Positions 25,170 through 38,165 of a stretch of DNA of 64,000 nucleotides are shown here, piece after piece; within the stretch, counting starts at the first letter, position 1, and every line of letters begins with the position of its first letter. The notes under the pieces are model-generated. The model ran no database searches, had not been told where the DNA came from, and saw nothing but the letters and a program-made list of their open reading frames with translations. Location: the NCBI GenBank assembly GCA_030324005.1, contig JARDVH010000025.1:56719978-56783977 (forward strand), given 5' to 3'. Both the position numbers and the translations under genes were made by a program. The stretch comes from Negaprion brevirostris. Taxonomy: Eukaryota.

Positions 25170-25350
25170 ACAGAAACAGGAAGTGTTGGCAACGTTGAGC
25201 AGCATCTATGCAGGGATAAACAGAGGCCAGGGACTCATGGTCAGACCCAGTGCAGATCATAGGCCTGAAACATTGGCTCTGTCCCTTCCAAGATGCTGCC
25301 TGACCTGCTGAGTATTTCCAGCATTTTCTGTTCAGATTTCTAGTATCTGT
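25170..25350. mobile_element. Quasi-palindromic Penelope-derived short element, copy 1
   Basis: Inverted GCAGCATCT and AGATGCTGC arms flank CAGACCCAGTGCAGATCA. Confidence 0.6.
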
Positions 25351-25799
25351 CGAGCGACAGCGCAACTGGGAAAACTGTGCAGAAAGCAGCTGGGACAGCG
25401 AAAGAGAACAAGAGTGACCAAGAAAGCGTGACAGAGTGCATTTGTGAAACAGTGTGAGAGAACATTAAGACTGGAGCGAAACAGAGACACACAGGGGCCA
25501 GTCTGTCAAAGGCAAAAAAGGTTTTATTAATTATCTCTGCTGCTTGGCACTTTTTAACAGTCATTTTCATTTATTACTATTTTTTAAATGATCGATTTAT
25601 TGCTTTGATGTTGATTTTTTTGCCTCAGCAAACTGTATATATCTTATTCACAGCTTAGCAGCTTTTTTTTAAAGAAATAGAGTGCCAGACTAAACGTCAG
25701 ACAGCTGCTGTCAGGTTTTACGAACTGAAGGAAAATGAGAGACTCACAAGATTCTGATTTTTTTGTGGGGCTGGAGAAAGGGGTTATATTCACTCCACC

Positions 25800-25990
25800 A
25801 GAAGTGGGAGATGCTGGAAATGTTTGGCATGTCTGGCAACATCTGTGCAGAAAAAAAAGAGGTCAGGGATTCTTGATCAGACCCAGTGCAGATCACAGAC
25901 TTGAAACATTGGCTCTGTGTTTCTCTCTTCAAAGATGCTGCCTGGACTGCTGAGTATTTCCAACATTTTTTGTCCAGATTTCTAGCGTCT
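25800..25990. mobile_element. Quasi-palindromic Penelope-derived short element, copy 2
   Basis: Shares TCAGACCCAGTGCAGATCA, TGAAACATTGGCTCTGT and TGCTGAGTATTTCCA with copy 1. Confidence 0.6.
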
Positions 25991-26609
25991 GTTATAGGTT
26001 GCTCTCCTACTACATGTTGCATGCTGGACATGTGTAAACATGGCTAGCTTCAATGTGAAACTGGAAAACGTAACAAGTGACTAGTAGGCTTCCAGGAGAC
26101 TGGATAGGTGATGCAGCTGCACCAACTAAACAATTTTGGGTCCTGCAAACAACTAACACTAGATGCAAAAAGAAAATCTCAGATCATTTTCACTTGTGCA
26201 AATTCTGCCAGCTCTTTCAAATCAGCGTTACTCAATTTGACTAATGACTTTAACCAAGCGCAGCATGTCGATACTACACTTGATCTTAGCCATTTGAGCC
26301 ACACATCTTCTGTGCATCTGATATTCTATTTTGAGAGCCTCCTGAAAACTAATATAAGGTGCATTCACTGTAAATAAAACAAACCTTGTCAAATCAAGCT
26401 CTTGATTGGAGAGATCATTTTAGTTTTGGTATACTTTAAAAGTAAATAGCTATTGGTAGGCTTTTGATAACCAACACCCAAGTTTTTCTTGTTCCATCCC
26501 TGATAAACATTTAAAACCTGGTGTGCCAGCAAGGTTAGGAATGATGTGCAGGACAGACATAGCTAACTGAGGTGGGCATCAGCATTTGGCCCAAGTACCC
26601 AAAGTTTTG

Positions 26610-26915
26610 TCATAGAAAGAATTCCTGCAGTACAGAAGGAGGCCATTTAGCTCATCGAGTCTGCACTGACCACAACCCCACCCAGACCCTATTCCTGCAA
26701 TCCAACACATTTACCCTGTCAATCCCCTAATACTAGGGTCAATCAACCTAACTCACACATCTTTGGACCATGGGAGAAAACCAGAGCACCAGTAGGAAAT
26801 CCACACAGACACGGAGAGAATGGGCAAACTCCACACAGACAGTTACAGAGGCAGGAATCGAACCTGGGTCCCTGGCGCTGTGAGGCAGCAGTGCTAACCA
26901 CAGTGCCACCATGTC
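26610..26915 (-). mobile_element. Full-length HE1-type V-SINE with CR1-derived tail
   Basis: tRNA head with box B GGTTCGATTCC, V-domain and CR1-like tail, all on the minus strand. Confidence 0.92.
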
Positions 26916-27744
26916 ACGTCAGGGAACAACTGGTTCAAGTTCTGCAAGAGAACTTCAGCCCATTTATTTTTCTGCTGCTGGCTGCCTGATTACCAAAATT
27001 GGTTAAAAGCAGCAGGAAACTTGGGCTCTGATTTAGCTTCTTCCTTTCTTTCAGCTACATACCCTTTTCAATAAGTGACTGTGTCATTGGTAGTTCATCA
27101 TTTTGCTATCATCACTAATAGGTCACAGGTAGTGTTTAAGGAACGATAAATACAGTTTAACAACTACGCAGACAGATGGAGGAGCTGATTTATGAAGCAG
27201 CTGCTCTTTGATTGATAGTACGTTATTGTACGGCTGAAGTCTCATCAACTGATCTGACAACAAACATCTGCAATTTGTTTTCTTTAACTCAGGCGTACTC
27301 CTACAGTAGATTTCACTCATTTTCAGTTAACTGCATTAACAGTAAACAGTGAGTGGTTTAAAATCATTTTGCTGTTTTTGCACATAAATCTTTCTGTAAA
27401 ACGGGATGTTGATCAGTATTTACAGATGCTTTTTCCAAAATTACTATTATTTATGAAATAAGTAGTGAACAATAAGTTGCTACCACACAATAAAAAATGG
27501 ATCATTTCTGGCAGCTGACAGCAATCAAGATATTTTTTCTGATTCCGTACATAACGCTAACTTAAAAAAAGGACGTGCTGCAAATAATTTCCTCATTGAG
27601 CAATGAAACGGCTATTTTATCAACTCAACACTGGATAGGCCAGATGTTAGTTGAGAAAACAAACCTGAAAATAAACCCACAAATTAATCAACGAGAAGGA
27701 AAAAAAGAACTGCCAGAATTAAAATGCAAAAGAAGGCAGGCACA

Positions 27745-28012
27745 AGAAATGGCGGAGGTGATCGTGGATGCCTTGGTGGTTATTTTCCAAATGTCGCTGG
27801 ATTCCGGGCAAGTGCCGGAAGATTGGAANNNNNNNNNNNNNNNNNNNNNNNNNNNNNNNNNNNNNNNNNNNNNNNNNNNNNNNNNNNNNNNNNNNNNNNN
27901 NNNNNNNNNNNNNNNNNNNNNNNNNNNNTCAGATCAGCCACGATCTTACTGAATGGCGGGGCAGGCTCGAAGGGCTAGATGGCCGACTCCTGCTCCTATT
28001 TCTTATGTTCTT
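27745..28012 (+). mobile_element. Young-looking CR1 copy collapsed across a gap
   Basis: EMAEVIVDALVVIFQMSLDSGQVPEDW before the gap and an intact 3' tail (CTCCTGCTCCTATTTCTTATGTTCTTA) after it. CpGs are retained. Confidence 0.85.
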
Positions 28013-28199
28013 ACAAAGAAAAGGAATCCAACAATTGAACAAAACACAGGGAATCTGTACACACAACAGCATTAGGCAGAGATAGCTTTTAGGTCAAGAA
28101 CAAAACAGCTGCTGCCATTGCACTGAAATATCAGTTTACAAGTGTGGCAATGATTACTCAATAATTAGGGAGACACGTAGCATCCCCTGTGAGAGAGAG

Positions 28200-28470
28200 T
28201 TTACATGTTATGTTGCTTTAGGGTGAGAAACATCTCAAAACAGCTTGAAAGAAAATCCGGAGAGAGAGGGGGAGGATCTACTCTTTGTGATTCATGTTTG
28301 GATCGACAACACAAGAAAGAAAAGGCAAGAGGTCCCACTTGGGGAGCAGGAGGAACTAGAAGCTAAGCTAAAGAACAGCACTTCAAGAGTAATCATCTTC
28401 AGATTATTATTTGAGTCACATGCTAATAAGCAGAAAGAGGTGAAGATGTGGCTCAACACTGCGAGGAGGG
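28200..28470 (+). mobile_element. CR1 ORF1 esterase-domain fragment
   Basis: REGEDLLFVIHVWIDN...LEAKLKNSTSRVII parallels the better-preserved copy at 29230-29545. Confidence 0.7.
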
Positions 28471-28569
28471 TGGGGCGGAGGGGCAGATCGGGGGAGGGCA
28501 GACCGGGGCAGGCTGGGAGGGCCGGCCTGAATCATTGAAGTGAGATGGATCAAAAAATAAAATCGAACT

Positions 28570-29545
28570 GTGACATCACAAGAAGCCTATTATGGGATTG
28601 ACTGGTGAGAGTTATGGCTGTTTCCTTCAAAGTCAGTCTAAGGAATTGGGAAATTTAAAAAATGAGTCTTATTATCAAATAAAAATTAAAGCAAAGCATT
28701 TCAAATTTCCACCCTATATTTTAGTGACAACAGTAATAGAGAAGTGAGTACTTGGTGAATTTTTACTTTTCTAAGTAGTATGTTTCATTATCGAATAGAT
28801 AGAGGAATGGCAGGGCAGTTCCGACCCTTGGAGAGCCCTTTCTGTTCCATGTGAGAATTCCAAGACATTTCCTGTGTCCTGGATAACCATTCATGCAGGA
28901 AGCGTTGTCAAATGCAGCAGCCTGGGCTCCTGGTTTCGGGACTCGAGCAGCAGTTGGCATCACTGAGGCACATCCGTAAAGTTGATAGCACCCTAGCGAA
29001 CGTGATCACCACGCAACTTAAGAGTCTGCAGGGACAGCGAAATGAGTGACCTAGGCAGCCAAAAAGAAATAAACCAGTAGTGCAGGAGACCCTTAAGCGA
29101 ACTTCACTCACCAAATAGCATTCTGTTCGGTATACCGATGAAAGGGATGGTTTATCTGGGGAGTATAGCCAGCCCTCATTCCATCTCACCATGACTGGCT
29201 CAGCTGCACAGAGGGTCACAAAGGAGACTGAAACATCGATAATGATGAGAGATTCAATAGTTAAGAAAGCAGACAGGTGTTTCTGAAGTCAGGGATGTGA
29301 ATATGGAATGGTATGTTGACTCCCTGGTACCAGAGTCAAAGGCGTCACTGAATGGCTGCAGAGCACCCTGAAGGAGAGGTGGAGAGGGTGAACATCCAGC
29401 AGTGCTGGTCCACATTGGTACTAACAACATTTTTAGACAAAGTGATGTGACTTCACCATCAGAATTTAGGCAGTGGGTAGGAAATTAGCAAATAGGACTT
29501 CAAAAGTAGTAATCTCTGGATTATTCTTTGTACCATGAACTAAAT
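28570..29545 (+). mobile_element. CR1 5' region with decayed ORF1 (Cys-rich/leucine zipper plus SGNH/GDSL esterase)
   Basis: CSM*EFQDISCVLDNHSCRKRCQMQQ...GLEQQLASLRHI, then RDSIV, LPGTRVKGVTEWL, VLVHIGTNNI and RTSKVVISGL. Confidence 0.85.
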
Positions 29546-30049
29546 TGGAAAATAAACTGCAGTCACAGGCTGCATGATGTATTGCAGGTGGATGGCATTT
29601 TTTTTACTCACCCCACCATTGAATCAGTGTCTCAACGATCGGGAGTCCAGTAAAAGACCATCCCCGTGCAAAACTAGCAAATGATCCAGGTGCACCCCTC
29701 GGCATCAATTTGACACTGCCCCGACACAACTCCCCCACCACCCCGACAAGTGCTGCACTCATCTCCAAGCTCCTAAGAATAGTCTCTGCTCGGGGCATGC
29801 CTTCCGAGAACAACCGTGCTTCATGCAGTTCTGACATCATGCCGCAGTGGATGGATTTTTTGAGGTGGGGATATGATTCTGACGTATGGACCCAATAATT
29901 ACATACTAATTCATTACAATGAGATTCTTATGAACAAAATTAGAGCTCACAGAATAAAAGGGATAGCAGCAACATGGATACAAAATTGGCTAAGTGACTG
30001 GAATGCAGCCCACCACTGGCAGGGAAGGGGACAACCACTTCCTGTGTTT

Positions 30050-31481
30050 TATTTGATTTGATTTATTATTGTCACATGTATTAGTACACAGTGAAAAGTA
30101 TTGTTTCTTGTGCGCTATACAGACAAAGCATACCGTTCATAGAGGAGGAAAAAGAGAGCGAGTGCAGAATGTAGTGTCACAGTCATAGCTAGGGTTTAGA
30201 GAAAGATCAACTTAACGCAAGATAGAGCCATTCTAAAATCTGATGGCAATAGGGAAGAAGCTATTCTTAAGTCAGTTGGTATGTGACCTCAGACTTCTGC
30301 ATTTTTTTCCTTGACAGAAGGAGGAAGACAGAACGTTTGTGGTACGTGAGTCCTTAATTACAATGGCTGCTTTGACAAGGCAACGGGAAGTGTATACAGA
30401 GTCACTGGATGGGAGGCTGGTTTGTATGATGGATTGGGCTACATTCATGACCTTCTGTAGTTCCTTGTGGTCTTGGGCAGTGCAGGAGTCATACCAAGCT
30501 GTGATATAACCAGAAAGAATGCTTTTCATGGTGCATCTGTAAAAGTTGGTGAGGGTCGTAGTTGACATGCCAAATTTCCTCAGTCTTCTGAGAAAGTAGA
30601 GGCGTTGGAGGGCTTTCCTAATTATAGTGTTGGCATGAGGGACCAGGATAGGTTGTTGGTGATCTGGACACATAAAAACTTGAAGCTTTGGACCCTTTCT
30701 ACTTTGTTCCCGTTGATATAGACAGGGGCATGTTCTCCACTACGCTTCCTGATGTCAATGACAATCTCCTTCATTTTGTTGACACTGGGGGAGATATTAT
30801 TGTCATTGCACCGGTTCACCAGATTCTCTGTCTCATCTCTGTAGTCTGTCTTGTCATTTTGGAGATCTGACCCACTACGGTGGTGTTGTCAGCAAACCTG
30901 AAAATCAAGTTGGACAGGAATGTGGCCACATAGTCATAGATGTGTTAGGAATATAGTAGGGGGCTGAGAACACAGCCTTGTGGTGCACCGGTGTGGAGGA
31001 TGATCATGGAGGTGTTGTTGCCTATCCTTACTGATTGTGCTCTGAGAGTTAGGAAGATCAGGATCCAGTCGCGGGGGAGGAGCCAAGACTTAAGCCATGC
31101 AATTTGAAGACGATTTTCGCAGGAATAATGGTGTTGAAGGCTGAACTCTAGTCAATAAATAGGAGTCTGACATAGGTGTCTTTGTTATCTAGGTGTTTCA
31201 AATTTGAGTGCAGGGCCAGAGAGAAATGCATACTGTGGCCCTATTGTGGTGGTATGTGATCTGTAGTGGATCCAGGCAGTCAGAGGCTGGAACTGATTTG
31301 TGCCATGACTAACCTTTCAAAGCACTTCATATTGATAAATGTTAGAGCCATTAAGGCATGCTGCTTGGCTTTTCTTTTGTACTAGGATGATGGTTGTCTT
31401 CTTGAAGCAGATAGGGACCTCAGATTGTTGTAAAAAGAGGTTGAAGATGTCTGCAAATACCCCTGCTAGCTGATCCACGCT
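30050..31481 (-). mobile_element. Rex1/Babar-like LINE, RT region to 3' tail
   Basis: FADNTTVVG and KALQRLYFLRRLRKFGMSTTTLTNFYRCTMKSILSGYITAWY, with an (AAATC)n tail at about 30050. Truncated by the gap. Confidence 0.92.
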
Positions 31482-32399
31482 NNNNNNNNNNNNNNNNNNN
31501 NNNNNNNNNNNNNNNNNNNNNNNNNNNNNNNNNNNNNNNNNNNNNNNNNNNNNNNNNNNNNNNNNNNNNNNNNNNNNNNNNNNNNNNNNNNNNNNNNNNN
31601 NNNNNNNNNNNNNNNNNNNNNNNNNNNNNNNNNNNNNNNNNNNNNNNNNNNNNNNNNNNNNNNNNNNNNNNNNNNNNNNNNNNNNNNNNNNNNNNNNNNN
31701 NNNNNNNNNNNNNNNNNNNNNNNNNNNNNNNNNNNNNNNNNNNNNNNNNNNNNNNNNNNNNNNNNNNNNNNNNNNNNNNNNNNNNNNNNNNNNNNNNNNN
31801 NNNNNNNNNNNNNNNNNNNNNNNNNNNNNNNNNNNNNNNNNNNNNNNNNNNNNNNNNNNNNNNNNNNNNNNNNNNNNNNNNNNNNNNNNNNNNNNNNNNN
31901 NNNNNNNNNNNNNNNNNNNNNNNNNNNNNNNNNNNNNNNNNNNNNNNNNNNNNNNNNNNNNNNNNNNNNNNNNNNNNNNNNNNNNNNNNNNNNNNNNNNN
32001 NNNNNNNNNNNNNNNNNNNNNNNNNNNNNNNNNNNNNNNNNNNNNNNNNNNNNNNNNNNNNNNNNNGGCTTAGCAGGCAAAACGTCACCAGACAATGGAT
32101 TGCCCATAAAAAACATAATTCAAGTATATTCCCTAGAGATAGGGCTAACAAATCCAAATCTCCCTGGATACAAAAGAGATAAGAGATTAAGATGAAACAG
32201 AACTAGTACGCTTATGACAGATAATACAATTGAGAACCAAAATGAATGTAGATAATTATACTTCTTCTTCGTATATCTTATCCAATCCAAACCTCTGCAG
32301 CCGGCAAGTGAGAAGTATAGGAAAAAAAGGGCACTAGAGCAAGGCGACTTCTCGCAGGCTGCCTCCAATATACCCTCTAATTCGATCTTTTACTCTCTT

Positions 32400-32578
32400 C
32401 CTACGCTCTTAAAACTGAACTCTTTAGCCTTTCTGTAACTGAAACACTATATTCTGCAGGCTCTCCTTTCCTTCTCCCCCGTGAACTCAATGAATGGTAT
32501 GTTTTGACTGCATAGTGGTCAAGAAACAATACTTTTCATTGTATCCCAATGCATATAACAATAATAAACCAAATCAAA
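32400..32578 (+). mobile_element. Rex1/Babar-like 3' tail
   Basis: Same 3' UTR, ending ACAATAATAAACCAAATCAAA. Confidence 0.75.
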
Positions 32579-32579
32579 A

Positions 32580-35050
32580 AGGGTAATTGAAAAAGCAAAT
32601 CAGAGAAGCAAAAAAGAGGACAAGAAGACCATAGCAGCCAATATGAGAGGGAATCCAAAAGTCTTGTATAGGTACATAAATAGTGAAAGAGTGGCAAGAG
32701 GAGGGGTGTGGCCTGATTTTGGAGAGGTAACAGAGAGTTGATGAGGATAATCTTGTTGATCTGGTGTACATGAACTCTCAAAATACATCTAATAAAATGC
32801 TGCACAAGACCTGTGAACAAAGTTAGAGCTCACAGAATCAAAGGGACAGCAGCAACATGGATACCAAATTGGCTGAGTGACAGGAAATAATAGTGGTGGA
32901 CAACTGTTTTGCGGACCAGGGCAAGGTTTATAGTGAAGTTCGCCGGGGGTCATTGTTGAGAACCCTTGCTTTATATTAATGACCTAGATCTAGTTGTACA
33001 GAACACAACCAGGAAGTACTATATATGGGGAGGAGAATTGTGTAGAGCTTCAAAAAGATACAGGTTTGTGAAATGGGCAAAAAAGTGACTGATCAAATGT
33101 AATGCAGTGAAGTGAATCATTTTGGTAGGAAGAGCAGGAGAGACAATATAAAATAAAGTATTCATTTCTAAAGGAGGTGACTGAGCAGAGGAAACTGGTG
33201 TGTATGTACATACACCTTGAGAATTGCTAAAGAGACATTTTATCAAAGCTTTTCATCTTGCAGTTCTCAGGACAATCATAATAATACCAATGTCAGATAA
33301 AACAACATTATACTGTCTGAGAAAAGAGTGTGATCCCATACAGTTTAAGGCTGTTGTTTCCTTGACATTGGTATTCTTACGAATGCAAGATGAAAAGCTT
33401 CATAAAATTTTTTTTTCNNNNNNNNNNNNNNNNNNNNNNNNNNNNNNGGAAACCTCAAAAGCTAGTGAGTTTACTATCAAATAAATCGGTTGGACTTAAA
33501 CCTGGTGTTGTCAGACTTTTTACTTTATCAATGGGAACATGAAGTGCAAAAACATAGACATTAAACTTATATAAAACATTGGTTCGATCTCAACTGGAGT
33601 ACTGCATCCAGTTCTGTGCACAATACTTGAGGAAGGATAAGACGTCATGAGGGAGGTTGCAGAAAAGATTCATGAGAACGGTTCCAGGTATGGAGAACTT
33701 TGGTTATGAAGAAAGATTGGTGAAACTGGGACAATTCTCATTGAACAGCAGGTTGAGAGCAGATTTGATGGAGGTACTCAAAATCAAATCAGGAGAAACT
33801 GTCCCCAGTTGCAAATGGATCAGGAACAAGTGACATGGATTTGAGGCAATCAGCAAAAGAAGCAATGGCAACAAGAGGGAAAACTTTTTCAGGATGTCTG
33901 TGGTTATGGTCTGAAATGCACTAGCTGAATCTGTGGTGGAAGCAGGATTAATTGAGTCTTTCAAAGGGAATTGGATAACTGGCCAGTACACACACCAAAC
34001 AGCCTTCTTGCGTGCTGTAACCATTCTATAGAGAAATGAAGTCATGCAGAAAAAAGGAGCTCCTTTCATGGGACAGTGGTGCCAGTACCAGGAACAAACT
34101 GTACCGAACTGTGAAAGGGAAGGGCTCAGGTGGAAAATAGATAATAGTTCAAGAACTGACAAAAAGGAAAAGAGAGTAGCAGTCCGTAATTGTGTTTTAC
34201 TTTTGCAAGCAAATGGAAAACTAAAATATCTTAAATAACTAGTACAGGAGAAACAGAAAATGTGAGTGAAACATTAAGAACAAAAAAAAAAACAGGTTTG
34301 TTGGGCATGCATTCTTTATACAAATTCAGAGTGCAAGGAATTGAAGTCACAAATTCAATTTGGGAGTGCAGGACATTGGAGACATTTCTGGCATATTCTG
34401 CAAAGGCAGCGTGGTGTTAGTGAGATTTTTAAAATTTCATATAAATTGGGAGAGAGGTAGCTCAGGTCGAAGGTAGAAAATCCCTCATATGCTCAGAACA
34501 CTTTTCTGTTGCGATATGTCATAGCAGCAATAAAAAGGCAGAACATATATTAGTTTTAGCAATGAAACAAATTTAGTGAATAGCCTAATGGTGTGTTAAC
34601 CTTTATCTAACAGCAATCAGAATATAATTGAGCTCAACGAGCGTTTGAAAGGGAGAAGTTGGAAACAGCTCCTCTCAGGTTTGAGACTTGGCCTAAGGCT
34701 GACTTTGTGATAACAGATAAAATGACAGATCAACAGTGGAAGAAATTCAAAAAGGATCAAATGTGACACAGAACCAGTTAACATCTCTGAGGGACAAGAG
34801 TTCAATTTGCTAATAAAACATCATGGATGACTGAAGACAACATAAAACAAGAAGAAAAAGCACACAAAAATGCAAAACAAAGCACAGATTTGGCAAGTGG
34901 GAGAGATATGAAGAACAAAAAGTGGCAAAACAGATAGTAAGAACGAGGAAAAGGAATACAAAATGAAACTTGCAAAAGAAATGTCAAAATCAACATTTTT
35001 TTATACTAAATTAGGGGAAAAGAGGGTGCTGAGGAGCAATGCGGGCCAAT
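32580..35050 (+). mobile_element. Cluster of decayed CR1 ORF2 fragments
   Basis: NPKVLYRYINSER, LYKTLVRSQLEYCIQFC and YEERLVKLGQFSL, with a 3' UTR near 34030, followed by further degenerate 5' ORF2 sequence. Confidence 0.75.
33448..33525 (+). mobile_element. Penelope-like terminal fragment (same family as 39604-39985)
   Basis: TTTACTATCAAATAAATCGGTTGGACTTAAACCTGGTGTTGTCAGACTTTTTACT matches 39929-39983. Confidence 0.8.
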
Positions 35051-35164
35051 TGAACCTGGACCCACTCCAGTGCCAGCAAAGGCAGGTTCCATGGTTACCT
35101 TGTTCGTTCGCGGTGGACCGTGGTGCCTTCTAAAATGGGGCCCTGATCCTTGCTTTCTAAGTTT

Positions 35165-35405
35165 TCAATTCGATTTATTGTTACATGAATTAGCATTCAG
35201 TGAGAAGTATTGTTTCTTGCGTGTTATGCAGACAAAGCATACGGTTCATAGGGAAAAGGAAAGAATGCAGAATGTAGTGTTACAGTCATAGCTAGGATGT
35301 AGAGAAAGATCAACTTAATGCAAGGTAAATCCATTCAAAAAGTCTGATGGCAACAGGGAACAAGCTGTTCTTGAGTTGGTTGGTAAGTGTTCTCAGACTT
35401 TTGAT
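35165..35405 (-). mobile_element. Rex1/Babar-like 3' end
   Basis: KSLRTLTNQLKNSLFPVAIRLF and the family 3' UTR. Confidence 0.85.
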
Positions 35406-35409
35406 GGTA

Positions 35410-36090
35410 GGGCGGCAATCAGAAATTATCCTGCCACCAAAATGTTGTAGGATCTGATCCTTGAAGCTTTTTCCTTCCAATGATGCACTATCAACATCCT
35501 TGGGGTTACCACCGAACAGAAACTCAACTGGACTTGACACATAAACACTGGTTACAAAAGCAGGTCAGAGGCTAGGAATACTGCAATGACTAACTCATCT
35601 CCCGATTCTTCAAAGTCATGTCCACCATCTTCAAGGTACCATCAACAGTGTGATGGAATACTCCCCACTTGCCTGGATTGGTGCAACAACATTCAAGCAG
35701 CTTAACATCCCAGACAAAATAGCCTGCTTGTTTAGGACCACATCCACTCCCTCTACCACCAATCGACATGATGTACTGCAGAAATTCACTTAGACAGATC
35801 CTTAGACAGCACCATTCAAACCCATGACCACTTCCATCTAGAAGGACAAGGGCAGAAGATCCATAGGAACACCACCATCTGCAAATTCCCCTCTGTGTTA
35901 ATCACCACTCTGACTTGGAAATGTATAGTCATTACTTTATTGTTGTTAGATCAAAATCCTGGGATTCCCCCTCCAACGACATTGAGAGTCAACCCATAGC
36001 AGTATTTCAAGAAGACATCTCACCACCACCACCTTCTCAAGGGCAATATGAATGGGCAATAAATGCTGGCCAGCCCGTGACATCCATGTC
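35410..36090 (+). mobile_element. 3' end of a LINE probably of the 8935-11175 family
   Basis: ILGV...KLNWT.HIN, TKAGQRLGIL and MEYSPLAWIGA, with tail CACCACCTTCTCAAGGGCAAT...GGGCAATAAATGCTGGCC. Confidence 0.8.
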
Positions 36091-37329
36091 CATCTTCTAT
36101 TGTACATCAATGGGTGTCAGCCATGTGATGGAAACAGGTTCACTGACATTGAAATCTGTCAGCCCAAAACTCAGAAGAGACCTTGTTGTAATCTGCACAA
36201 AACAACAACTGCAAAAAAAAAGGCTGCGCCATGTCTTCCTTTCAAGAACAAACAGGTTTAAATTTTTTTAAAATCTCCTAGCCTGACCCAAAGCTTCAAG
36301 TTCACTTATGAAGAATTTGAACCTCCTGATAATAACAGCTGACTTCAAGGCATGTCAAACAGTCTTCCCTTTCAAGGAATCCTGCAGTAATCCTGATATC
36401 CAACCCCTGCTATACTAACTTATCAGAACTACAGTTCAAGATTGGGCAAAATCATTGGGCTCTCAAAAATGTGTGAACTATTCTTTTGGTTTATACTTGA
36501 AGAAGTGCACCACTTTTTTAATTGTATCATTCTGGATCAGGTGTGTGACTGATATGGTATAGTTCTTTTGGGGTGAGGATGTGAGTGAATAATCCTCTCT
36601 GTTTAAACCTACAAGACTCTGCAGTTGGCACTTATAAAACTGAACAGAAACTGAAAACCTGGTTTTAAAAGCACACATATCTACCTTTTCAAAAATAAAC
36701 CACACTGATTACAGACAGAAGGTTGCAGTTCCTCTCTCCTCCCCATGTCTGTAACAGATAAAACAGAATACTTCCTAAATGGTGGAAAATTCGAAACAGT
36801 GGAAGTCCAATGGGACATAGGGATTTCTAAACTTTGTTAAAATGTCATGAACAACTCCAGAAAATCATAAAATGAAAGCACACTTTGTGGGAGAGTGGCA
36901 ACATGATCAGTAAAGTGGAAAAATATTACACTGGAGAAAAGTACAAGGGCACCTGTGTGTTAAATGCTTGATCTGGGGGCGATTCTTACTGATACTAAGT
37001 CCTTTTCACACAGCTAAGTTACAAACTTGGCTAACACACTGTATTGAAACCAAACATGGAGGTAAAAATAGTCTTATGTTTGGAAATTAACTTTTTAAAA
37101 TAATACCTATAGAAAATTAGATTGCTGGAAGATTATTTCTGTGCATGAAGATGGGCAAGGTCATGAACAGAAATCAGTTCTGATGAAGGGTTATACCTGA
37201 AGTATTGCAGCCTGATTTTAACCTAAACCACCTGACTGGTTTTAAATCCATTCTGATTTTATTTTCCATTGAAATCAAAGGAAAGTTGCATTGTCTTCAT
37301 TCATTTCTTAGCCCCAAGTTCCATGTGAG

Positions 37330-38165
37330 CACTTTCTGACGATGAATCTGACCATTCTTAACCTTGGGGTTTGATTTGGGCCTAACCTGAAAGGCCCACT
37401 CAAAATCCTCTCCATCACAAAGACTGCCATGTCTATCTCTACAACATTATCCATCCCCACAGTTGTCTAAATTCATAAGCTAACAAAACTCTCATGCATG
37501 CTTAAATCTTATATTCATATTGTGCCGGCTGGTCTGTCACCTTATACCGTCTATAATGCTGAGTTAACCCAACATTCCCCTACCCATATCTTAACTCGCA
37601 CGAAGTAATGTTCACCAATAATCCCTAATGCTTACTGGTCTACTCTGGCTTCAATACCAGCAAAGCTTCGATTTTAAAATCTTTGATTTTAAGGTCTGCT
37701 GAGGAGCAGTAGAGGATCTTTAAGGAGGTCTTTCTTGGTGCTCAGCAGAAATTTATTCCGATGGTTAAAAAGGACCGTAGGAGGAGAGGTAATAAGCCGT
37801 GGATANNNNNNNNNNNNNNNNNNNNNNNNNNNNNNNNNNNNNNNNNNNNNNNNNNNNNNNNNNNNNNNNNNNNNNNNNNNNNNNNNNNNNNNNNNNNNNN
37901 NNNNNGAAGGGCTAGATGGCCTACTCCTGCTCCTATTTCTTATGTTCTTAAAATGCTCATTCTTCACATTCAGATCCCTGAGTGGCTTTATCCTCTCCCC
38001 GTGAGTTCAAACTATTCCTGCCCTATAACCCGCAGTATCCCTCCAAATTCAGACCTTTAATACATTCACCACTCCCTTTGCATTACTGGTCAATCATTCT
38101 AATCGCTGGATCTTCCTCCCTAGACCTCTTTTCCTCCTCATGACACTCCTTCAATTTAAACTACA
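37330..38165 (+). mobile_element. Decayed L2-type LINE 3' region interrupted by CR1 sequence and a gap
   Basis: SITKTA..L.NI, KTLMHA, SPIIP..TGLLWL and DFKI remnants resemble the L2 C-terminus. Confidence 0.65.

Noticed and set aside
37180-37210. CTGATGAAGGG hammerhead-like start
   Set aside because: The GAAA core and stems are disrupted, so it is a dead PLE remnant.
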